Shown one piece after another: positions 21,455 to 32,081 of a DNA stretch of 32,081 nucleotides. The notes under the pieces were generated by a model. That model made no database searches. It worked only from the letters and a program-made list of their open reading frames with translations, and was not told the DNA's origin. Source of the stretch: Chiloscyllium plagiosum (lineage: Eukaryota); contig NC_057751.1 in the NCBI RefSeq assembly GCF_004010195.1, positions 11,708,578-11,740,658 of the forward strand. The letters run 5' to 3'. The translations under genes were made by a program, and so were the position numbers. Within the stretch, counting starts at the first letter, position 1. Every line of letters starts with the position of its first letter.

Positions 21455-23420
21455 TACGACAGAATACAGCACAGAAACAGATCCACCATGTGTTTGCCAA
21501 CCAACTACATGAATCGTGTTTACCTGCACTTTTACAATAGCTGATATGTCCTGGCATTTTCAATGCCCATCCAGATGCTTCTTAAATGTTGCAAGAGTGC
21601 CTGTCTCCATCACCGCCTCAGGCAGCATGTTCCATTTTTCGACTGCCTCTGGATGAAATTTTTATTTTGCTCAGATCTCCTCTAAACCACTCACTCCTCA
21701 GTTCAATGTTATACCCTCTGGTCTCAGACATGTCTGCTATGGGAAAGAGATTGTCACAATCTACTGTGTTGATGCCTTTCATGATTTTGTATCCCTCAAT
21801 CAGATCCCCCCCTCAACCTCTTCTGCTGCAAGGGAATCAAATCCAGGCTCTCCAGACTCTGCTGGTAACTGAGACTTTTCATCTCAGCCAACATCATGGT
21901 GATTCTCCTGTGTGCCCTCTCCAGTGCAGTCACATCTTCCTAATAGCATGGCGACTAGAACTGCACACACTATTCCATCTGTGGCCTAACCATTATATTA
22001 TAAACTTGTTACAAGTCTTCCTTACTTCTAAATTCTATGTCCCAGCTAATGAAGACAAGCATCCTGTCTGCCGCCTTCACCATCCCTCTATCTATGCTGA
22101 CACCTTCAGAGACCTGTGAACTTGTACACCAAGGTCACTTTGTTCCTCAGTCCTCTGTAAGGACTGACCATTGATTGTGTATATTCTTCCTTTATTAGAC
22201 CTTTCAAAATGCATCACTTCTCATTTCTACAATGACATCCAAGTTGTTCATATGCATAACGAAAAGTTAGGGTCCCAGCCTGATCCTTGTGATACACCCT
22301 GGTCATAGACTGCCAATCATAAAAACAACCCTCCACCATTACCAGTTCTGAAGAAGGATCATTGGACCTGAAACCCAGATGCTGCCCAGACCTGCTGATT
22401 TTTCCAGCTTCTGTTTTTGCTATCAATCTTTGCGTCCTATTTATAAGCTAATTTTGGATCCGGTTTGCCAGCTTGCCTCGGATCTCAGAGGCTGTTGCTT
22501 TTTGGATCAGCCTTCCATGTCGGACCTTGTCAAAGGCCTTCCTTTGAAGTCTGTGTAAACCACATGCCCTCCAAATATAGACTTAACTGCAAGGAGCTGT
22601 TCCCTGTCTGTATTTGCTAATGACATTGAAATCAGCCTTCCCCCCAATTTAGACACTTAACTTTTGCACCATGCTTATCCCTTCCCAAAATGACTTGGAA
22701 AATGCAGAGTTGTTACCATCCCCAAAATGCTCCCTGATCTGACCAGTTTCATTCCTTTGGTTTAGGTCGAGTCCTTTCCCATCGCTGGTAGGGCTAGCTA
22801 TGAACTGGCATAAAAACCTCTCCCGGTTCCCTGTTTAATCCTTTCACGCTAAGGCAATCACAAGTAATGTTGGTAAAGCTGAAGTCTGCAAAAACTATAA
22901 CTCTGTTTCTCTCACACCTTCCTGATTTGCCTGCATATCTGCTCCTATATCTCCTGCCAACTGTTAGGAGGCCTGTAGTATAATCCCAGCAAGGTAATCG
23001 CCCTTTTTTATTTTTAAGCTGTACCCAGATGGCTTCATTTGAAGACTCTTCTGGGACGTCTTCACGTATTATTGCAGTAATGGTTTATTTTCTCAATGCC
23101 CCTACTTCTCTTATTTATCCCCCTACCATGCCTGAAACTTGTTAACCTGCCAGTCCTGATCGTCCTTTCACTATGTCTCAGTGATCAACAATATCATACG
23201 TGCTCATGAATGCTCTGAGTTCATCTGCCTTGTTATCAAGCCTCTTGAATTAAAGTAGATACAGCTTTCTCGACCTCCCATGTGTCTTATCCTGTTCATG
23301 TCTTCTCCACCTACTGGACCGTTCTGGCATTCTTTCTATATCTGATTGGACCTTGCTCCTGACTTTACAGATACTCAGTGATCCATGCCCCCTGCCAAAT
23401 CAGTTTAAAACCTCCCCACA
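21455..23420 (-). mobile_element. Old, fragmented CR1 LINE (antisense)
   Basis: The reverse complement contains CR1 RT remnants (VVEGCF.DW...GV.QG near 22290-22340; aaggcctttgacaagg near 22530) and a 3' tail near 21460. Confidence 0.75.
22343..22421 (+). mobile_element. Internally deleted family-A-like Penelope terminus inside a CR1
   Basis: gttCTGAAGAaggatcattggacctGAAAc then cagatgctgcccagacctgctgatttttccagc; it interrupts the CR1 RT sequence. Confidence 0.6.
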
Positions 23421-24199
23421 GCACATTCAAACCTCAGTTTGAACTTTTTGCAGCACTTTATCTCATTTTTGAAGGACAGTCGATCTGCAAATCATTCATA
23501 ACTTGTACAAGAAAAGGTTCTTTAGATAATATGCCTGGTTTGCCATGCTTCAGGATGGAACTGACAGTAGGATGCTGCAAAAAAGACGACAGCTTAATCT
23601 CTTTATGATGAAACTAATTCCAGAAAGCTTTCCCATCGCACTCATACTGTCCTGATAAAATGTTTTTCTAAACATAAATAATTTCACAGCATGTGTTCAA
23701 AAATAGATCGTGTGGAATGGCTGCTGTCATACGTCCATTCATGAAGGCTCAGTGTTTGTTTTTGATGAATGCTGATTAAAACCTAAGGCGTCTTTGCCTC
23801 CTTTACCCTCTTGGTGGTGACAATTTAAAAATGACATGGTTTAATGGCTGCATATAGTCCCTTGATATCGCACTCAAATGTTCTTTGTGGGTTTTGAGTG
23901 AATGACTTGGAGGCTGAGATCAAATGCTATCTATTCATTGGCAAGCAGATGACTTTCTCGCAAGATCACTGGTGATAGAAGTGTGAATGCTGGTTATATT
24001 TTCTTTTTGCTGATGCTCTGCTAAGTCAGTAGAGATTAGGACTGTGACTTTGGATGTCCTGACTTTTAATTCATTCATTGCATTTCTTGCCTGTCCCAGA
24101 AAGGTGCCAGTAAGATGCTGTGTTGATGATCATGTTGCAGTTAAGAGTGAGTCTGGAGTTTGGTATAACATACAAGGACAGGACTTGTCCGATTTAAAA

Positions 24200-24770
24200 A
24201 TAGGACCTTGGATAGTGTTGTAGAACAGAGAGACATCAGGATTGAGGTACCTAATTCCTTGAAGTTTGCCTCATATGTTGACAGGATGTTTAAGAAGGCA
24301 TTAAGCAAGCTTGCCTTCATTGCTCAGAGTACAGGAGTTGAGACATCATGTTAAGGTTGTTCAGGACCTTGGTGAAGCCTCTTCTGGAACATTGTGTCCA
24401 ATTCTGTTTGCCCTGTTAGCAGAACGATATTAGTAAGCTGGAGATGGTTCAGAAAAGATTTACGAGAATGGTGCTAGGAATGAAGGGTTTAAGTTATAAG
24501 GTGAGGTTGGGTAGGCTGGGACATTTTTCATTGGAATGTGGGAGGTTGAAGGATGACCTTACAGAGGTTTATAAAATCATTAGGATGCACATAAGATGAA
24601 TAGTAGGTGTCTTTCCCAGAGTGGGGGATTTCAAAACTGGGGGCATACCTTTAAGGTGAGAAGAGAAAGATTTATAAAATACACAAGCTCAGGCAGATGG
24701 GAGAATTAGATCAAAGTTTGGGAGTTAGGTCGAAGGATCTATTTCCATGCTGCATGATTCTGTGATCGTG
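24200..24770 (+). mobile_element. CR1 LINE 3' fragment
   Basis: Collinear with 26265-26965 (gagtacaggagttg..., gaccttacagaggtttataaaatcat, tttccatgctgcatgattctgtga). Confidence 0.85.
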
Positions 24771-24967
24771 GAAGTTTGGGACATTTGATTTCATGAAGGA
24801 CTTTTACCATGACCTGATTGTTATATGGTCAGCATTACTGATTCAAACTTTTAATTCCGGATTTATTTAGTGAAGTGAATTTAAGTTGCGTAGCTGCTGG
24901 GCTGGGGTTGAATTCATGTTTTTGGATTAAATCCCAAAACGTCCAGGTTATATGTTGAGTGACAGCC

Positions 24968-26965
24968 TATATTCCTGTTAGGGTGAAAGGAAAGGCTGGT
25001 AGGTAGAGGGAATGCTGGATGACTGAAGAAATTGAGGGTTTGGTTAAGAAAAAGAAGGAAGCATATGTCAGGTATAGACAGGACAGATCGAGTGAATCCT
25101 CAGCGTATAAAAGCAGGAGGAGTATACTTAAGAGAGAAATCAGGAGGGCAAAAAGGGGACATGAGATAGCTTTGGCAAATAGAGTTAAGGAGAATCCAAA
25201 GTGTTTTTACAAATACATTAAGGACAAAAGGGTAACCAGGGAGAGAATAGGGCCCCTCAATGATCAGCAAAGCTGCCTTTGTGTGGAACCGCAGGAGATG
25301 GGGGAGATACTAAATGAGTATTTTGCGTCAGTGTTTACTGTGGAAAAGGACATGGAAGATATAGAATGTAGGGAAATAGATGGTGACACCTTGAAAAATG
25401 TACATATTACAGAGGAGGAAGTACTGGATGTCTTGAAACACATAAAAGTGGATAAATCCCCAGGACCCGAGAACTGTATGGGAAGCAAGGGAAATGATTA
25501 GTGGACCACTAGCTGAGATATTTTTATCTTCGATAGTCACAGGTGAGGTTCCGAAAGACTGGAGGTTGGCTAACATGGTGCCACTATTTAAGAAAGGTGG
25601 TAAGGATAAGCCAGGGAACTATAGACCAGTGAGCTTGGCGTTAGTGGTGGGCAAGTTGTTGGAGGGAATCCTGAGGGACAGGATGAACATGTATTTGGAA
25701 AGGCAAGGACGATTAGGGATAGTCAACATGGCGCTGTCCGTGGGAAATCATGTCTCACAAACTTGATTGAGTTTTTTGAAAAAGTAACAAAGAAGATTGA
25801 TGAGGGCAGAGCAATGGTTGTGATTTATATGGACTTCAGTAAGGCATTTGACAAGGCTCCCCATGGAAGACTGGTTATCAAGATTAGATCTCATGGAATA
25901 CAGAGAAAACTAGCCATTTGGATACAGAACTGGCTCAAAGGTAGAAGACAGAGGGTGGTGGTGGAGGGTTGTTTTTCAGACTGGAGGTCTGTGATCAGTG
26001 GAGTGCCACAAGGTGCTGGGTCCACTACTTTTCATCATTTAGATGTGAGCAGAAGAGGTATAGTTAGTAAGTTTGCACATGACACCAAAATTGGAGGTGT
26101 TGTGGACAACGAAGAAGGTTACCTCGGATTACAATGGGATGTTGACCAGATGGGCCAGTTGGCAGATGAGTGCCAGATGGAGTTTAATTCAGATAAATGT
26201 GAGGTGCTGCATTTTGGGAAAGCAATTCTTAGCAGGACTTATACACTTAATGGTATGGTCCTAGGGAGTGTTGCTGAACAAAGAGACCTTGGAATGCAGG
26301 TTCATAGCTCCTTGAAAGTAGAATCGCTGGTAGCTAGGATAGCGAAGAAGGCATTTGGTATGCTTTCCTTTATTGGTCAGAGTATTGAGTACAGGAGTTG
26401 GGAGGTCATGTTGCAGCTGTACAGGACGTTGGTTAGGTCACTTTTGGAATATTGCGTGCAATTGTGGTCTCTTTACTTTTGGAAGGATGTTGTGAAACTA
26501 GAAAGAGTTCAGAAATGATTTACAAGGATGTTGCCAGGGTTGGAAGATTTGAACTATAAGGAGAGGTTGAATAGGCTGGGGCTGTTTTCCCTGGATCGTC
26601 GGAGGCTGAGGGGTGACCTTATAGAGGTTTATAAAATAATGAGGGCATGGATAGGGTAAATAGTAAGGTCTTTTCTCTGAGGTGGGTGGGGGGTGCAGAA
26701 CCAAAGGGATTGGTTTAGGGTGAGAGGGAAAACAGACCTAAGGAGCAATGTTTTGATGCAGAAGGTGGTGTGTGTGTGGGATGAGCTGTCAGAGGAAGTG
26801 GTAGAGACGAGTACAATTGCAACATTTAAAAGGCATCTTGAGGGTATATGAATAGGAAGGGTTTAGAGGGATATGGGCCGAGTACTGGCAGGTGGGAGTA
26901 GATTGGGTTGGGATATCCGGCCGAAGGTTCTGTTTCCATGCTGTACATCTCTTTGACTCTATGAC
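24968..26965 (+). mobile_element. 5'-truncated CR1 LINE (ORF2 RT pseudogene)
   Basis: ORFs 25019-25501, 25494-25766 and 25763-26518 carry CR1 motifs (NEYFASVFT, PGNYRPVSL, YMDFSKAFDK, FAHDTK for FADDTK), with frameshifts and small deletions; tail ctctttgactctatgac. Confidence 0.95.
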
Positions 26966-27103
26966 AGAACTACTATGTTACCTTACCTGTAAAAATGCCA
27001 TGCTTTTGTTGCATCACTTCGAGGATTGAGAAACCTGTTTTGAAACGTTCATCTCATTGTTACTTTCAGAACTGATTGTGTGATTTCAATTGTGCCTTTG
27101 CAG

Positions 27104-27168
27104 GAAAAAGAACCACTTCGAGCAATACCACTCAAAGACATACAAAAAGCTCAGAACTGTAGTTGCAG
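27104..27168 (+). CDS. PLEKHA2: PLEKHA2-like internal exon, PH2
   Basis: tgcctttgcag|GAA...AG|gtaaat, 65 nt: EKEPLRAIPLKDIQKAQNCSC+ag, ending in phase 2. Confidence 0.9.
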
Positions 27169-27539
27169 GTAAATGAAGTTACTTGTTTGAGAAGTTCTAT
27201 AAATGAATTCAGTCCAAATAATGACACATTTATTCCGGGATTCAAATGTATATTGTGTTATGAGCAGACGGTGAGGAGTGAATCAGCTTCCCACTTTTCA
27301 ACTTCCTGGGTTAGCCATAACAAATGTTTAAACATATTCTTTTGCACTGGGGCTATTACCTCTCTTTCATATAAATGCCACCAGGCATTTTTCCTTCTTG
27401 AAAGGCCAAGTCAGCATTTTCTCCAACTGCAGTCAAAAATCTTATCTCACTGGTCTGCCAAAGGAATTGCCTGAAAGATAAGTCAGCACGTGTGGTCTGA
27501 TGTCCAAGTTTGTTATTTCCAAGACTGAAACTTGTCACG

Positions 27540-27630
27540 TTCCTGATGAAGGGCTTATGCATGAAACATCTCTCCTGCTTCTCGGATGCTACCTGACCTC
27601 TTGTGCTTTTCCAGCACCACACTTTTCAAC
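27540..27630 (+). mobile_element. Family A Penelope terminal fragment, degenerate hammerhead
   Basis: ttcCTGATGAagggcttatgcatGAAAcatc...ggatgctacctgacctcttgtgcttttccagcaccacacttttcaac. Confidence 0.75.
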
Positions 27631-28066
27631 GTGACATCTTTCATCTCTACTTTGTGAAACTCATTATTCAGGTGTAAATCAAAATAAGAGATGAGGGTTC
27701 CTTCAAGCCTATCTGAGTTGGTTACAATAGTTTTTTGATAAATACTAAGTTTACTTCAGGCAGTCTTCATTTATATTATTAAACATTGGTTTCCTGATTT
27801 GGCCAGTCTGTAATCAGATAACTGCTATGACCATTTGAAATCAGTGTTTTTTACCTTGTTAAAATCATTTCATTCCATGGAAGTCCTCAATATTAAAATC
27901 AGATGATGGAGTTTGAAAATTGATTTATATACAGTATATCTAGGTATATCTGTACTTTATCACTGTTGTGACATCAGACCTTGCTTTGGCTAAAATATAA
28001 TGTATTATCTCACCTTTTATCATAACTTATTTTGTCCGTATTTTTTCTTCACCCATCTCCACACAG

Positions 28067-28130
28067 TCAAGCACTGATGAGGGATAATCTGTTTGAAATT
28101 GTCACAACATCTCGAACTTTCTACATTCAG
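28067..28130 (+). CDS. PLEKHA2: PLEKHA2-like internal exon, PH2
   Basis: Pyrimidine tract + acacag|T...CAG|gtaatt, 64 nt, phase-compatible with the previous exon: (S)QALMRDNLFEIVTTSRTFYIQ. Confidence 0.92.
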
Positions 28131-29007
28131 GTAATTTTCACAAAAATTTTTAAATCTACTTGCATGCCTGTACCTGAGTGCAGTTTCATTATCACTGTGA
28201 CCAACAGGAGTAATCAATAGAGCAAAAGAGCAAAAACAACAGGGCAGGGAACTGAAAATTTTGAACAAGAAACTTAAAGTAATCAATGCTTTTTTTTCTC
28301 ATCAGTTTTAAGTCAGCTTCTATGATAATTTCTTGCATGATACATAAGATGGAAGAATCAGTGCCCTGACTGAATTCATCAACAACTTACAGCCAGACCT
28401 TGCTGTAAACTATCACCAGAGAATTATAAAACAACACAGCACAGAAGAAGTCCCTTGGCCCATTGTGTCTATGCTGCACTCCATAATCAGAGGGTGAATA
28501 TTTTCAGATGGAAAATGTGAAGTTGTTCTCAATTCACAATTTGAAGTGATTGAAGGGGATTATAAACATGTTAAAACAATTTTGTTGTTAGTCACCCCTA
28601 TGTTATAAAACAAATCCTTGTCACTTCCACCCTTACCCAAACCCTGCTGTCATTCCACTCTGACTGTTAGAGAAGTTAGGAAAGAAGAACACGTTTTACA
28701 TCCTCAGCAAGGCCGAAAATACTTCACAGCCAAGGAATTACACTCAAGGAAGTTGAGTCACTGTTATATAAGCAAATATGGCAACCAGTTTTTGCCAGTT
28801 TCACAAAGAGTAAATTAAACAAGTCATCAGCTTTTCTCCTTTCCATTAGCAGTTATGGGGTAATTTTGGCTGGAGAACTGACAGTGCATCTCTGCTTTTC
28901 AGTTATACTTAATATTTACAGCATAGTAACTAGCCATTCAGTCTAACTGGTCCATGTTCAAAATCACACAACACCAGGTAAGAGTCCAACAGGTTTAATT
29001 GGAAGCA

Positions 29008-29042
29008 CACTAGCTTTCGGAGCGACGCTCCTTCATCAGGTG
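29008..29042 (-). ncRNA. Minimal type-I hammerhead ribozyme motif in the Penelope terminal repeat
   Basis: Reverse complement cac-CUGAUGA-A-GGAGC(GUC)GCUCC-GAAA-GCUA-gug: all core nucleotides present, Watson-Crick helix I and II, same sense as the adjacent RT. Confidence 0.72.
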
Positions 29043-29474
29043 ATTGTGGAGGGTTCGATCGTAACACAGAATTTATCGCAAAAATTTGCAGTGTGATGTA
29101 ACTGAAATTATACATTGAAGAACTGATTGTCTGTTAAGCCTTTCATCTGTTAGAATACAGTGATAGTTTCACTTCTTTCATGTGTAAATCACAAAACCCT
29201 TTTGTTTTAAAGTTGCATTCTCGGGTTAGCTGTTAACAATGGTGATAGCTAGACAATATGTTGAAGGTGTTAGCCCCTTGTGTTCTCTGCCTATGACCTG
29301 ATGTTTAGATTGATTCTAATCTAAAAAGTGAGATAACAGAGTTTTACATAAATTCATGCAGTTTTTGAGCTCAGAGTTCTCCATGAATGTATGTAGTTTT
29401 TGAGCAAAGGGCAATGTAACTCTGCAAGTACAAAAAACTTCACCACACAAAATATTTGCGTGCATGTGGGTCTT

Positions 29475-29679
29475 TGTCTGTCTGTGTGTGTGTGTCTGTC
29501 TGGGGTGGGGGTTGTGAGTGTGAGAAAGTGTGTGTGTGTGTGTAGAATGCAGAGTGTCTTAAGTCTGTGAGAGGGTGCAAAAGGGGGAATGCGTGTATCT
29601 ATAAGTGTGTGTGTGGGTGTCTGTGTATGCGTCTGTGTGGACCTGTGTCCGTGTGTATGGGGGAGTGTGTGTGTGTAGA
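29475..29679. repeat. Degenerate (GT)n-rich tract within the Penelope 3' UTR
   Basis: Interrupted GT runs; a similar tract lies at 9080-9430 in the related element. Confidence 0.8.
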
Positions 29680-30537
29680 NNNNNNNNNNNNNNNNNNNNN
29701 NNNNNNNNNNNNNNNNNNNNNNNNNNNNNNNNNNNNNNNNNNNNNNNNNNNNNNNNNNNNNNNNNNNNNNNNNNNNNNNNNNNNNNNNNNNNNNNNNNNN
29801 NNNNNNNNNNNNNNNNNNNNNNNNNNNNNNNNNNNNNNNNNNNNNNNNNNNNNNNNNNNNNNNNNNNNNNNNNNNNNNNNNNNNNNNNNNNNNNNNNNNN
29901 NNNNNNNNNNNNNNNNNNNNNNNNNNNNNNNNNNNNNNNNNNNNNNNNNNNNNNNNNNNNNNNNNNNNNNNNNNNNNNNNNNNNNNNNNNNNNNNNNNNN
30001 NNNNNNNNNNNNNNNNNNNNNNNNNNNNNNNNNNNNNNNNNNNNNNNNNNNNNNNNNNNNNNNNNNNNNNNNNNNNNNNNNNNNNNNNNNNNNNNNNNNN
30101 NNNNNNNNNNNNNNNNNNNNNNNNNNNNNNNNNNNNNNNNNNNNNNNNNNNNNNNNNNNNNNNNNNNNNNNNNNNNNNNNNNNNNNNNNNNNNNNNNNNN
30201 NNNNNNNNNNNNNNNNNNNNNNNNNNNNNNNNNNNNNNNNNNNNNNNNNNNNNNNNNNNNNNNNNNNNNNNNNNNNNNNNNNNNNNNNNNNNNNNNNNNN
30301 NNNNNNNNNNNNNNNNNNNNNNNNNNNNNNNNNNNNNNNNNNNNNNNNNNNNNNNNNNNNNNNNNNNNNNNNNNNNNNNNNNNNNNNNNNNNNNNNNNNN
30401 NNNNNNNNNNNNNNNNNNNNNNNNNNNNNNNNNNNNNNNNNNNNNNNNNNNNNNNNNNNNNNNNNNNNNNNNNNNNNNNNNNNNNNNNNNNNNNNNNNNN
30501 NNNNNNNNNNNNNNNNNNNNNNNNNNNNNNNNNNNNN
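29680..30537. other. Assembly gap (858 N)
   Basis: Run of N. Confidence 1.
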
Positions 30538-30783
30538 TCCTTGATGGAGACGCATGTGTCCAAGAATGAGACAGATAGTCGAGAGTAGACCATTGTGAGT
30601 TTGATGGTGGGATGAAACTTGTTGATGTCACTGTGTAGTTTTATCAGTGACTCCTCGCCATGGGTCCAGAGGAAGAAAATGTCATCAATGTACCTGGTGT
30701 ACAATGTCGGTTGGAGATCCTGCATAGAGAAGAAATCTTGTTTGAACCTGTGCATAAAAATGTTGGCATATTGGGGTGCAAAT

Positions 30784-32081
30784 CCCTGTGATCTGTAGAG
30801 GAGCGACCAAAGAAGATGTCAACATGGACCCCACTGGAGGGCCGCTGCCCTGGGCTTGCCATGTATGCTCAAACTGTCAGGAAATATATAAATGCCAGAT
30901 TCATCAGCCGTACCTATAAGGTAGAGCAAAACATCACTCGTTCCCAACGCAATGCCATCCAGGCTCTCAAAACCAATCGCAACATTGTCATCAAACCAGC
31001 AGATAAAGGAGGAGCCGTTGTCATTCAGAATAGAACAGATTACTGCAAGGAAGTGTACTGACAACTGAACAACCAGGAACACTACAGGCAACTACGAGCT
31101 GATCCGACCAAAGGACATACCCGAGAATTAAACACACTGATCAGAACTTTGGATCCAGTCCTTCAGAGCTCCCTACTGCCCTCATCCCACGTACTTCTCG
31201 TGTAGGCGACTTCTACTGCCTTCCAAAGGTACACAAAGCCAACACATCGGGACGTTCCATTGTGTCGGGAAATGGGACCCTATGTGAGAATCTCTCTGGC
31301 TGTGGAAGGCATCTTGAAACCTATTGTACAGGGGATCTCCAGTTTCTGTCGCGACACTACGGATTTCTTACAGAAACTCAGCACCCATGGACCAGTCGAA
31401 CCGGGAACATTCCTCGTCACAATGGACGTTTCCGCACTCTACGCCAGCATCCCCCACAAGGATGGCATCGCAGTAACAGCCTCAGTACTCAACACCAACA
31501 ACTGCCAGTCTCCAAACACCATCCTACAACTCATCCGCTTTATCCTCGATCATAACGTCTTCACCTTTGACAACCAATTCTTCATCCAGACATACGGAAC
31601 AGCCATGGGGACCAAATTTGCACCCCAATATGCCAACATTTTTATGCACAGGTTCGAACAAAATTTCTTCTCTATGCAGGGATCTCCAACCGACATTGTA
31701 CACCAGGTACATTGATGTTTTCTTCCTCTGGACCCATGGCGAGGAGTCACTGATAAAACTACACTGTGACATCAACAAGTTTCATCCCACCATCAAACTC
31801 ACCATGGACTACTCTCGACTGTCTGTCTCATTCTTGGACACGTGTGTTTCCATCAAGGACGGACACCTCAGCACCACACTCTACCACAAACTCACAGACA
31901 ACCTCACAATGCTACACTTCTCCAGCTTCCACTCAAAACATATTAAAACAGCCATTCCCTATGGACAAGCCCTACGCATACACCGGATCTGCTCAGATGA
32001 GGAGGAACGTGACAGACACCTGGAAGTACTCAAGGATGCCCTCACAAGAACGGGGTATGATGCTCAACTCATCGACCGCCA
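30784..32081 (+). mobile_element. Penelope-like reverse transcriptase pseudogene, plus strand, running off the window
   Basis: PLE RT motifs IKPADKGGAVV, LPKVHK, DTTDFL, TMDVSALYASIP, GTAMGTKFAPQYANIFM, SFLD, AIPYGQALRIHRICS. Stop at 31059-31061, several frameshifts, and YIDD reduced to YIDV. Confidence 0.93.

Larger units (their letters stand above)
28958..30783 (-). mobile_element. Penelope-like retroelement, minus-strand 3' portion (RT C-terminus, gap, CA-rich 3' UTR, family B terminus)
   Basis: Minus ORF ...MHRFKQDFFSMQDLQPTLYTRYIDDIFFLW...KFHPTIKLT...SFLD runs into the gap. The terminal repeat 28958-29046 is nearly identical to 9180-9266. Confidence 0.88.

Noticed and set aside
21586..22119. 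177-aa plus-strand ORF
   Set aside because: It is an antisense frame of a decayed CR1 with no protein-family features.
17749..26518. Functional reverse transcriptase genes
   Set aside because: All CR1 ORF2 pieces are 5'-truncated with stops, frameshifts or a mutated catalytic motif.
29354..30755. Long ORFs of 318-425 aa
   Set aside because: They are artefacts of reading through the N gap and the GT/CA repeats. Only the minus-strand RT segment 30538-30783 is meaningful.

Overview
This is vertebrate nuclear DNA, almost certainly a shark or other elasmobranch, judging by HE1-type V-SINEs, shark-type CR1 LINEs and Penelope fragments. The + strand carries six internal GT-AG coding exons of a tandem-PH-domain TAPP gene, best read as PLEKHA2/TAPP2: 189-286, 3253-3387, 17115-17264, 20272-20340, 27104-27168 and 28067-28130. 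They splice in frame and cover the end of PH1, the linker and most of PH2; the start and stop codons lie outside the window. The introns are mostly decayed retroelements. The most notable hidden structure is a set of Penelope-like element (PLE) termini from two families, each carrying a minimal type-I hammerhead ribozyme motif (CUGANGA-stem II-GAAA with a palindromic helix III). These termini recur as tail-outward inverted pairs from about 130 bp to over 3 kb, and many break right at the ribozyme. A CpG-rich, first-exon-like 147-bp fragment of unknown origin sits fused to a SINE inside a CR1. An 858-N assembly gap (29680-30537) lies inside the large Penelope copy. Family names come from recalled consensus motifs, not from database searches.
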